Origin: a virus
Lineage: Duplodnaviria; Caudoviricetes
Reading direction: 5' to 3' (one strand)
DNA: 44,904 nucleotides
Virus record (IMG/VR): IMGVR_UViG_3300016662_000082
Span: 1-44,904 of that record
Part shown: in pieces, positions 9,281 through 16,862 of the stretch
Position numbering within the stretch: position 1 is the first letter of the stretch
Layout: each line of letters begins with the position of its first letter
Notes under the pieces: generated by a model
The model's database searches: none
Told to the model about the DNA's origin: nothing
The model's input: the letters and a program-made list of their open reading frames with translations, nothing else
Position numbers and translations under genes: made by a program

Positions 9281-9451
9281 TTATTTTTCAAAATGTTTGT
9301 TGTTGATCTCAAAGGTTGCCTTATTGGGGTGACGAAGACGGGCCAATCTGTTGGCTTCTTCTGCCGTCTCCGCTTCAATCACATCGATGAGATTACGAAT
9401 AGGATGATCTACATATTCATTGAGAATCATTTCAAAAACTTCATATTTCAT
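9281..9451 (-). CDS. Small hypothetical protein, 56 aa
   Basis: Manual ORF MKYEVFEMILNEYVDHPIRNLIDVIEAETAEEANRLARLRHPNK...; fills the gap between the helicase and the UvsY-like gene. Confidence 0.65.
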   Translation of the reverse strand: MKYEVFEMILNEYVDHPIRNLIDVIEAETAEEANRLARLRHPNKATFEINNKHFEK

Positions 9452-9453
9452 TT

Positions 9454-10989
9454 TTATGCCTCATAAGTGTTTTCTAATGCATCGTCGCCTTTAAAACCTC
9501 GCTTACTACGCTGTTTTTTACCAGAAGGCTCACCGACAGCATCCATATTTACTTCATCGGCTTTCTTTTCTTGGACAAGGTTCATTTGTTCTCTGTATCT
9601 TTCCTTGGAAATCTCAAACATATCCAAGGTTCCTAACTTGTAATCAAATCCAATCTTAAAAGCAAACCTTGATCGACCATTACGATGTTTAATCACAAAA
9701 ACACGACCAACTTCGGCATCCTTCTCTAGAACCTGTTGATTGATGCTCCAAAATGCATCTAAAGGCTTGAACTGATCAAAACTTGTGCCGATATTTCCTT
9801 CGTCAATAAACTGGCCTATTTCCAGCTTTGCAGCGGATTGATTGGGCTGTACGCAAGTAAAAGTACAATGCCCCTTTTCAACACCAAAACCACGCAGATC
9901 ACGCAAAATTCGATACGCTGATTCGTACTTCTTGACGGAAGGATCGTCTTTCATTTCTCCGACATAATCAAGAATCAAAAGATTGGGTTTGAATCCACGC
10001 AATTCTAATTGCGCCATAAAAGCACGAATACCGTTCACATCAAGTTGACCGCCGGGAAATTGTTTTACATGCAATAAATTTGGATCATGCTTATCTTTCT
10101 TAAATTCCTCAATCATGTGTTTGATTTCATCTTTAACACCACGAAGATTGTTGATGTCCATTTTAGCAAATTGACTAGTAAATCTTTGAGTAATACCCAA
10201 TTCATCCATTTCAAGCGTGATGTATAAAACCTTGTGTCCCAAAAGAACATTTTGTACTGCCGCTTTTACCAATGCTAAAGATTTACCTGTACCCGGCAAA
10301 CCAATCCAACTTGCAATTTGACCAGCAAACAGTCCACCACCAGTTAATGCATCATCAATCGACGGAAAACCTGAAGTAAATCTTTCTTTGCCTTCAAAAA
10401 CATAATCCATTCGAGTGAACATCTCATCGATGTTCATGAAATACTCAAGTCCCGGTTCATAAGACCTGTCAACAAGCATGGCTTGTCGCATTTTTTCATA
10501 GACAAAATTCCAAGTTTTCTCGTCTTCTGGCGATTCATTCATCTTTTCAGCACATTGATGAAAAGCAATTTTTACAGCTTGAACCTTGGCAAAATAAGTT
10601 ACTTTTTCAATAAGATATTCTCTAGATTCAAGACCCGGTACATAATATGTGTAAAGAGATTTAAGTTCAGACAAATAATGCAAAAGAACAGACTGGTCAC
10701 GATCTTTTAAAGAGGAGCGCAGTTCATTGGCAATAATAAATTCATCTGGGATGACAGCCTTTGTAATGAATTGTTGCAGTAAAATTTTAGAAATGATTAC
10801 ATGGGCTTCATTGCTAAAATAGTCTGGCTTTATTTTATCAACCGATTGAATTAACATAAATCGATCTTTAAGAAGCATTGCCAAAAGTTTGCGCTGAAAT
10901 GTGTCGTCCCAAGCAAATTTTGGCTTAACAACTTGAGAATCTGTCATTGACTCAAGTTGCGCTTGTTCTTCCGGTGTCAAATCACGCAT
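9454..10989 (-). CDS. Replicative helicase, DnaB/T4 gp41 family
   Basis: SGFPSIDDAL, Walker A GLPGTGKS, YITLEM, LILDY Walker B, IKHRNG arginine finger. Confidence 0.93.
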   Translation of the reverse strand: MRDLTPEEQAQLESMTDSQVVKPKFAWDDTFQRKLLAMLLKDRFMLIQSVDKIKPDYFSNEAHVIISKILLQQFITKAVIPDEFIIANELRSSLKDRDQSVLLHYLSELKSLYTYYVPGLESREYLIEKVTYFAKVQAVKIAFHQCAEKMNESPEDEKTWNFVYEKMRQAMLVDRSYEPGLEYFMNIDEMFTRMDYVFEGKERFTSGFPSIDDALTGGGLFAGQIASWIGLPGTGKSLALVKAAVQNVLLGHKVLYITLEMDELGITQRFTSQFAKMDINNLRGVKDEIKHMIEEFKKDKHDPNLLHVKQFPGGQLDVNGIRAFMAQLELRGFKPNLLILDYVGEMKDDPSVKKYESAYRILRDLRGFGVEKGHCTFTCVQPNQSAAKLEIGQFIDEGNIGTSFDQFKPLDAFWSINQQVLEKDAEVGRVFVIKHRNGRSRFAFKIGFDYKLGTLDMFEISKERYREQMNLVQEKKADEVNMDAVGEPSGKKQRSKRGFKGDDALENTYEA

Positions 10990-11038
10990 GGAAAGCCTCG
11001 GATGGTTTATTTATTATTACCAGCCCAAGGCTTCATAA

Positions 11039-11404
11039 TCAAGCCAGATCAGTATCACGACGCCTAAAATACCAAAAAATCAATCTTGCAAGATTATGAG
11101 CATAAGGAGTCAGGGCTTTATTTTGCATCAATCCTTTTATTTTTTTAGCAAATGCAGAATCAGCAGAAATAGTTTCCGGCGATTTAAACAAACTTAATGG
11201 AACAGCCGCTTTCCAATCTTTTCCTGCTTTACAGTAATCAATGTCATGTTGCCTACAAGCAGAATCCAAAGGATCAATTGGTTTTGGCAAAGGAGCATCA
11301 TCAGCCAGCTTATCGCAATCCGGTTGCTTTAATTTGGGACCGGGACCGCAATAAACGCCGTACCAATTCTCGTTTTTTTGATTTAACCACTCGGAAAATT
11401 TCAT
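11039..11404 (-). CDS. Phospholipase A2-like protein with a capsid-targeting-like N-terminus
   Basis: Ca-binding loop YGVYCGPG and catalytic DxLDxACxxHDxxY (PIDPLDSACRQHDIDY). Start set at MKFSEWL, 4 nt after TATAAATA. Confidence 0.8.
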   Translation of the reverse strand: MKFSEWLNQKNENWYGVYCGPGPKLKQPDCDKLADDAPLPKPIDPLDSACRQHDIDYCKAGKDWKAAVPLSLFKSPETISADSAFAKKIKGLMQNKALTPYAHNLARLIFWYFRRRDTDLA

Positions 11405-11408
11405 ATTA

Positions 11409-11416
11409 TATTTATA
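11409..11416 (-). promoter_or_regulatory. T4-type late promoter TATAAATA
   Basis: Exact T4 late consensus immediately before the PLA2 start. Confidence 0.6.
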
Positions 11417-11427
11417 ACAGAAGGAAG

Positions 11428-11525
11428 AAAAAAGGTGGCGCACCGCTATTCATGCCGCATAATAAAAAAATATAATCATCTATTGACCTCAATAATTCGG
11501 CAAGACGATGAACTACACCACCTTT
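11428..11525 (-). terminator. Structured RNA element or terminator closing the polA-sigma unit
   Basis: AAAGGUGGUGU/GCGCCACCUUU 11-bp closing helix, inner UGCCG/CGGCA and UAUUGA/UCAAUA pairings, ending in a U6 run. Confidence 0.5.
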
Positions 11526-11537
11526 ATATTTTTTACA

Positions 11538-12092
11538 CTAATTTTGCAAATAGTCAAATTCACTTAAGGAAACCATTCCGCTACGAATTGATTTTTCTCT
11601 AGTTATCTTCTTGCCCATCGACTTTTGTCCGTTCCAGACAATTGCCTTGCAGTATGTGGCAAATTTTGAATCAATTTTTAAAGGGGCATCCTTAATTGGT
11701 TGCTCCTCTTTCGGAACCATTCTTCGAACAATTTTATCTAGTAAATTTTCTTGATGCTTGCCAAACTTTTGCCTATTGGCTCCATGCCTTGTTCTATTAC
11801 TCCAAAGATTTTCGAGTTCTTGAACAATTTTAAAAACAAATTTATCATCAGCATGTTTTTTTGCAGCAGCCAAGCATTTTTCAATATAAATCTGTCGTTT
11901 ATAATAGCTTCCAGCACGAAGCATACTCATCTGCAATTCTTGTTTGATGTCTTCGGCATCATCGAGGAAGTTGTTATTTGAATTTTTTCTTTTTAATTCA
12001 TGTGCAGCACACCAGCACAACTTAGAAAATTTTTTGTCGAGTTCAAGGAATTCTTTTTCCGTAATTGGAAAATCATGAATAATTTCACGCAT
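11538..12092 (-). CDS. Sigma-70 region-2-only factor (no region 4)
   Basis: DAEDIKQELQMSMLRA resembles region 2.2 (DL.QEG.IGL..A); SKFATYCKAIVWN resembles region 2.3 (KFSTYA.WWIR); ends shortly after VSLSE. 184 aa, TAATG-coupled to the polA-like gene. Confidence 0.6.
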   Translation of the reverse strand: MREIIHDFPITEKEFLELDKKFSKLCWCAAHELKRKNSNNNFLDDAEDIKQELQMSMLRAGSYYKRQIYIEKCLAAAKKHADDKFVFKIVQELENLWSNRTRHGANRQKFGKHQENLLDKIVRRMVPKEEQPIKDAPLKIDSKFATYCKAIVWNGQKSMGKKITREKSIRSGMVSLSEFDYLQN

Positions 12093-13414
12093 TATGACCC
12101 TTTTCTTACCAATGGCTTCAGACTACTTAAATTTCTCCCAGCACGACAAGCCACTTTAAGTCGTAAACCGGGGCACAATACCGATTCGCCAGTCAAGACC
12201 TCAAAACCAGTCGCAAATACTTGCTTCCAGTTGTCTTTGGTGGCATAAACAACAAATCCGTCATGAACAGTATAAGAAATATCTGCCTTGCCTTTCAACG
12301 CAAAATAAAGACTTATAAGTTTTTCGGAACATATCGTGGCAGCAGGAGCTTGAACACAAAAATTGCGAACAAGGTATTCTTTGCCAGATTCAAAATTAAC
12401 TCTACGCTTCCCAAATATGTCTTTTGCGTAGCCTGTTTCACGAAGCTGTTGCTCATAACTTGCCACAAACCTCAAAGCGGTCGGAAAAAAAGAACTAATT
12501 CGTTCCACAACACGCTCGGCTATGTCCATTGCAACCCCACATCGTTGCGACAACGAGTAGGCGGACTGCCCGTATATATGCGGAAGAAAACATTTTTTTG
12601 CGAATTCCCTATCTTCTTTACTGACAGGCTCTTTATCAGTCAAACAGCGATATAATTCAGAATAAATATCAGTTTCCCTACACAGTCTTTGCAAAAGCGG
12701 GTCTTTACTCATCCATCCCAACATATAAACTTCCATGCCCTTAAAATCAAAAAGCATGAAAAGTTCATCCTGAGTTCTTGTTTTTAAAACCTCCTTCTTT
12801 TCCGGTTTCAAAGTGTGAGGCAGAAAACTATGCTTAAAAGCATCAAAACAACGAAACCGACCATTTTCCTGACCATCAATCTCATAATGGCTATAAGCCA
12901 TAGATTGTTGGTCTGGATCAATGATGCCAGTAGTTTCAATGTTAGGCAAAACAGTTGTAATGAGAGGCAAATGTATTTTTCTATAAATTGATTCTATTTC
13001 TTTCCAAATTCCCGATGAAACTATATTTCGCAATCTGTTTAAAGCTTCAGTTAAGTTTTCTGGAGATTTTTCTTTTATACCACTATAAGATTCAATAATC
13101 TTAAGATCAATAATAGAACAATCAACAACAAATTCTGTTTTAGTAACAAACTTTACATACGAAACAAATGATTTCCAATCCCAAGATATTACTTTTCTAT
13201 CTTTTGAAAACAAAGAAAGTTGAAACATACTCAAAGTTAAATATATGTTATCCGGCGTGAGCGATACAACAAAGTGCGATTCTTGGCCCGTAAAGACTTC
13301 AATCTGTGCGGGCGACTCCAAATCCGTAAAATCAAAAACAGCGGGGTTAAAACGCAAATAAACGCTTTTGGCGTCAACGCTGGTCAAAAGGTTTGCGAGT
13401 TGGCTGTAATCCAC
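12092..13414 (-). CDS. Minimal family-A DNA polymerase-like protein (thumb deleted, degenerate exonuclease)
   Basis: Motif A FDFKGME, motif B REFAKKCFLPHIYG, motif C TVHDG, NGRF (TGRL equivalent), DIFGKRR, RNFCVQAPAA; only 440 aa. Confidence 0.85.
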   Translation of the reverse strand: MDYSQLANLLTSVDAKSVYLRFNPAVFDFTDLESPAQIEVFTGQESHFVVSLTPDNIYLTLSMFQLSLFSKDRKVISWDWKSFVSYVKFVTKTEFVVDCSIIDLKIIESYSGIKEKSPENLTEALNRLRNIVSSGIWKEIESIYRKIHLPLITTVLPNIETTGIIDPDQQSMAYSHYEIDGQENGRFRCFDAFKHSFLPHTLKPEKKEVLKTRTQDELFMLFDFKGMEVYMLGWMSKDPLLQRLCRETDIYSELYRCLTDKEPVSKEDREFAKKCFLPHIYGQSAYSLSQRCGVAMDIAERVVERISSFFPTALRFVASYEQQLRETGYAKDIFGKRRVNFESGKEYLVRNFCVQAPAATICSEKLISLYFALKGKADISYTVHDGFVVYATKDNWKQVFATGFEVLTGESVLCPGLRLKVACRAGRNLSSLKPLVRKGS

Positions 13415-13420
13415 AAGCTA

Positions 13421-13449
13421 ATTATGCAAAGGCGATGAAATTGAGTCAA
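13421..13449 (-). promoter_or_regulatory. Sigma70-type promoter giving a leaderless polA-like mRNA
   Basis: TTGACT-N17-CATAAT, 6 nt before the GTG start at 13414; no SD. Confidence 0.65.
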
Positions 13450-13564
13450 GTCAAAAGCAAGTCAGATCAAACTTATGAATTCTGCTTTACAATAGAATTA
13501 TACACCGGGGGGCTGTCTCAAAGTAACGCATTGCATTAGAAATGTATAATACTTATACACTTCA

Positions 13565-13958
13565 AGAGAAGATGAAAATTAGTAGTGTGAAATCTTTTGG
13601 TGTTTAAACCTACTCAATTGCATTACTCTTTTCATTCTCCTGCTATGATCCTTTGTAGTGATGCTAATTTGTGTACTTTTGGGTTGGCATCCAAAATCCA
13701 AGCAGTCAATGCTCTTGTCGCTCAACATTGAATCAGCCATTAGGTCTGCTCGGCGTTCACCTCTACCAACTGTGTGACAATGCCTCCCGTAGCGGCATTC
13801 ATTGTAGAACAACTACAAAGTCTCACCCTGTTAAGGGCCACACAGGTTTTTACATCATTGCTTTTCAGGAGGTACAACACCTGATTGCAATAAAGGGACA
13901 ATAGAGTGTCCTTCTCAGTAGTTAGAAAGTTTCTCGACAAGTAGCCTTTCGGCTTCAT
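13565..13958 (-). ncRNA. Candidate large structured non-coding RNA (~400 nt)
   Basis: More than ten helices found by eye, a GAAA tetraloop, several pseudoknot pairings, G-U wobbles that work only on the minus strand, its own promoter, and no credible ORF. Confidence 0.65.
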
Positions 13959-13960
13959 AA

Positions 13961-13988
13961 ATCGTAATACCTTAATCATCAAAGTCAA
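13961..13988 (-). promoter_or_regulatory. Sigma70-type promoter for the candidate ncRNA
   Basis: TTGACT-N16-TACGAT just upstream of the first hairpin AGCC-GAAA-GGCT. Confidence 0.5.
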
Positions 13989-14051
13989 GTTCAACAAAAA
14001 ATTGTCTGCGACTCATTGATAACTTGCAATCAACCAATCTTGTGGAGTAAC

Positions 14052-14780
14052 ATGGCTGAATCAAATCAAGAGGATGAACCTTTGAACTTTGATGCTATAG
14101 CAAAATACAATATGACTGATATTGAGATCAAAGCATATAAAATAACTATGCTATGGCTTGATAGAAGTAGAAAACTATTTCCTGACTATCGCCACTCTAC
14201 AATGAAAAAGGGTGACCCACGCAAATCTCTTGTATTTAAAATTTGTTTTAAACTTGTTCGTGAAACTCAAGGTGTGTTAGAAGACCAAGAATATCCTCTC
14301 TATGTTCGTGCTCAACTCGAAGTTTTAAAATATGTTAACGCTGATCGGGTTGACCCTCTCATCGATCCTAATTGCCTTGTAGGAGAAAAAGCATGGAAAA
14401 GATGGAAACTTTGGAAAAAGAAATATGATAGTTTGTCTAAATCATCTGCACCTGTTGCTACAAACATCGGAATTGCTAAGGCAATAGATGGATTGGAAAA
14501 GACTAAAGAATTTTTGGTTAAAACATTCAGTTCAGACTTGTCTTTTAACCGATTTCAAGAATCATATTTAAACAATAACATATTTAGATGGATTAACTTA
14601 AATAAGATATCACCATATTATATTGCAATTTCTCCATACATTAAAAAACTTTTCAACGAAAACGATTATAAAAAAATAAATTTTGATACGCAAGTTTATA
14701 TGACTTGTATAGATCAATCAGTTATTGATAAATTCAATCAATTATTTGTCGAAGAATCAGATTTCAAGAGCACGACCTAA
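14052..14780 (+). CDS. Hypothetical protein, possibly a gp59-like helicase loader
   Basis: ATG 14052 has a GGAG SD. AYKITMLW, KAWKRWKLWKKKYDSL and NIFRWINLNKISP recall T4 gp59 (VYKLYLM...YIFKLLQSNIIS). The ORF is solid; the function is tentative. Confidence 0.45.
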   Translation: MAESNQEDEPLNFDAIAKYNMTDIEIKAYKITMLWLDRSRKLFPDYRHSTMKKGDPRKSLVFKICFKLVRETQGVLEDQEYPLYVRAQLEVLKYVNADRVDPLIDPNCLVGEKAWKRWKLWKKKYDSLSKSSAPVATNIGIAKAIDGLEKTKEFLVKTFSSDLSFNRFQESYLNNNIFRWINLNKISPYYIAISPYIKKLFNENDYKKINFDTQVYMTCIDQSVIDKFNQLFVEESDFKSTT

Positions 14781-15702
14781 TTTGTTTGTGCATTGGGCTT
14801 GTGTATAACATATAATCAAGAATTGCTGTTCTGATATACAAACCATTCCTTACTTGTCTTTCGTGATAATCTGCTCTTGGATCATCATCAATATCCTCGC
14901 TGATTTCTTCATTTCTTGGCAAAGGATGCAAAATTGCCGCATTTTCTTTGACATATTGAATATTTTCTTTATTTATTTTGAAGAAATCAATATTATCACA
15001 AATGCCTTTAAATCTTTCTTTTTGAATCCTTGTCATATAAATAATGTCAATTTCTGGAAGCACATCGTTTGCGTCACAAATTTCAACATTTTTGCAAGGA
15101 ATTTTTTCAAGATATTTTTCTGGAATGCTTAGATCGCAGTTATTATGGTCTGTTGCTGCACAGTAATAAATTTTTAATTCATATAAATTAAGAAGTTCGA
15201 TAAGGCTATGAATTGTTCTTCCGTTTTTAAGGTCGCCACACAACATAATTTTCAAACCATTGATATTTTTCCATTTTTGTTTAATTGTATGAAGATCAAG
15301 AAGTGCTTGTGTTGGATGTTCACCAGAACCACTACCCGCATTTATAACTGGAACTCTTGAATAGGCTCTGGCAACCTCTGGCCACGACGAGTCGCTATGT
15401 CTCATGACAATAGCATCTGCATATTGTCCAAGAGTTCTAAATGTATCTTTAAGGCTTTCACCCTTGGTTAAACTGCTGCTTGAAGATGCATCTGCGGCAG
15501 TAACAATTCTCCCGCCAAGCCAATGCATGGCTCTTTCAAAACTAAATCTTGTTCTAGTTGAAGGTTCAGCAAAAAAACTAGCAATACACTTGTTGTTCAT
15601 TTGGCGACAGTAAGTCCAATTTTTTTCAATTTCTATCGCAATTTCAAGTATCTTTTCAATTTCTTCTTTATTAAAGTCTGAAATAGAAAGGAAATGTTGC
15701 AT
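14764..15702 (-). CDS. pyrB: Aspartate carbamoyltransferase catalytic subunit
   Basis: FAEPSTRTRFSF, KGES, VMRH, EHPTQALLD, GDLKNGRT, MTRIQKER, HPLPR: catalytic motifs intact. Confidence 0.96.
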   Translation of the reverse strand: MQHFLSISDFNKEEIEKILEIAIEIEKNWTYCRQMNNKCIASFFAEPSTRTRFSFERAMHWLGGRIVTAADASSSSSLTKGESLKDTFRTLGQYADAIVMRHSDSSWPEVARAYSRVPVINAGSGSGEHPTQALLDLHTIKQKWKNINGLKIMLCGDLKNGRTIHSLIELLNLYELKIYYCAATDHNNCDLSIPEKYLEKIPCKNVEICDANDVLPEIDIIYMTRIQKERFKGICDNIDFFKINKENIQYVKENAAILHPLPRNEEISEDIDDDPRADYHERQVRNGLYIRTAILDYMLYTSPMHKQIRSCS

Positions 15703-15726
15703 ACTTTTTTCCTTTTGGTCTGCAAC

Positions 15727-15756
15727 ATTATAGTTTTGACAAAATTAGTATTGCAA
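15727..15756 (-). promoter_or_regulatory. Sigma70-type promoter of pyrB
   Basis: TTGCAA-N18-TATAAT followed by AAGGA SD. Confidence 0.55.
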
Positions 15757-16554
15757 GAAAAGTTTTACTATATTTTCAAGGATTTTATCCTCATCATCCT
15801 TTGGGGAAAATGCTTCATCCCATTCAGAAGGTTGTACATAGAATTTTCTTTCACGCATACTGCTATCAATATCATAACCCATACATCTAATTAAACCTTT
15901 TTGTGGATAATAAATTAAGTCGATATTGAACTGTTCGCTTCTTCCAGTTTTGCCGTTATATGGCGAACCAACGCCTTGACCTCTAAATTCATAGACAAGT
16001 TTGTAGTAATTTTCATCTTGTTTTCTAAGGCTTACTGGAAACATGATATAGGATGGGTGTCTTTTTTTTGTTGTGTGCCATAGTTTCCAAGCAAATCTTT
16101 CAAGTTCCTGATATTCTCCAAAAGGCGCATCTATTGGTTGTTGAGCCAATTCTTCTAAAGACTTATGTAAAATATGTGCTAATTCAATTTCTTTGTGTTG
16201 ATCACGATAATCTTTGATTGGCAAAACATCTTTACAAATCCACATTGGTTCCCCATGAAGATCATGGGATAGTCTTCTGGTCATAAGTCGCAAAGAACCT
16301 AGAGGACTAGCAGAAACTCTGATTGCTCCAGCTTCAGAACCCCATTGAACAGCTTCGTCCCATATCTGCACAGCGTTATGAGTTGAGATCGCAGGAAGCC
16401 GAGTCAATTCCTCGATAATAAGATTTGGATTGAACTTAGAAAATAATCCATCACCTTGCATTTGCTCTGTGCCACCCATGATACGATTTGTATCCGTGGT
16501 GTCATAGCCGTAATTGGCCATTTCTAGGAAATGCTTGAAAGATAATTTATTCAT
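15745..16554 (-). CDS. Hypothetical protein with a capsid-targeting-like N-terminus
   Basis: 269 aa starting MNKLSFKHFLE, 5 nt after TATATA. Confidence 0.75.
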   Translation of the reverse strand: MNKLSFKHFLEMANYGYDTTDTNRIMGGTEQMQGDGLFSKFNPNLIIEELTRLPAISTHNAVQIWDEAVQWGSEAGAIRVSASPLGSLRLMTRRLSHDLHGEPMWICKDVLPIKDYRDQHKEIELAHILHKSLEELAQQPIDAPFGEYQELERFAWKLWHTTKKRHPSYIMFPVSLRKQDENYYKLVYEFRGQGVGSPYNGKTGRSEQFNIDLIYYPQKGLIRCMGYDIDSSMRERKFYVQPSEWDEAFSPKDDEDKILENIVKLFLQY

Positions 16555-16559
16555 GAAGG

Positions 16560-16565
16560 TATATA
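16560..16565. promoter_or_regulatory. Palindromic late-type box TATATA between divergent genes
   Basis: Fits the TAnATA motif found before other virion genes in this window. Confidence 0.4.
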
Positions 16566-16592
16566 GTTTTGATATTTTTTAATTGAGGCACC

Positions 16593-16862
16593 ATGAATTT
16601 TAAGACATGGCTAGAATTTGAAGAAAAAGATTTTAATTATTACAAGAGCCTTATTCTTGGTAAACTTGATTTAGAGAGCCCAGAAGGTTTGTCTGTTTCG
16701 CTCGATACATTTAACACTCAAAATTTAATTGAGCAACTACAAAGTCTAGGTGAATTTAAGGAATTGGCTTCTGACACTCAGCAATTTATTTTAAATAAAG
16801 TAAAAAGTGGTGATGGAACAGTAGAGGATTTAATTAGAATCATGGCTAAGAAATCAGCTTAA
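16593..16862 (+). CDS. Hypothetical protein with a capsid-targeting-like N-terminus
   Basis: 89 aa starting MNFKTWLEFEE, GAGG SD. Confidence 0.75.
   Translation: MNFKTWLEFEEKDFNYYKSLILGKLDLESPEGLSVSLDTFNTQNLIEQLQSLGEFKELASDTQQFILNKVKSGDGTVEDLIRIMAKKSA

Noticed and set aside
11434-11522. tRNA gene
   Set aside because: Only an acceptor-like stem; no TTCGA T-loop, anticodon arm or CCA.
13565-13958. Group I/II intron, RNase P or tmRNA identity for the structured region
   Set aside because: It does not interrupt a gene, and I could not find group I R/S elements, a group II domain V, the RNase P GAGGAAAGUCC motif or tmRNA termini. A covariance search is still needed.
13579-13997. Three short overlapping ORFs (77, 77 and 85 aa)
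   Set aside because: Mutually overlapping, non-ATG starts and no motifs; the dense base-pairing is better explained by an RNA.
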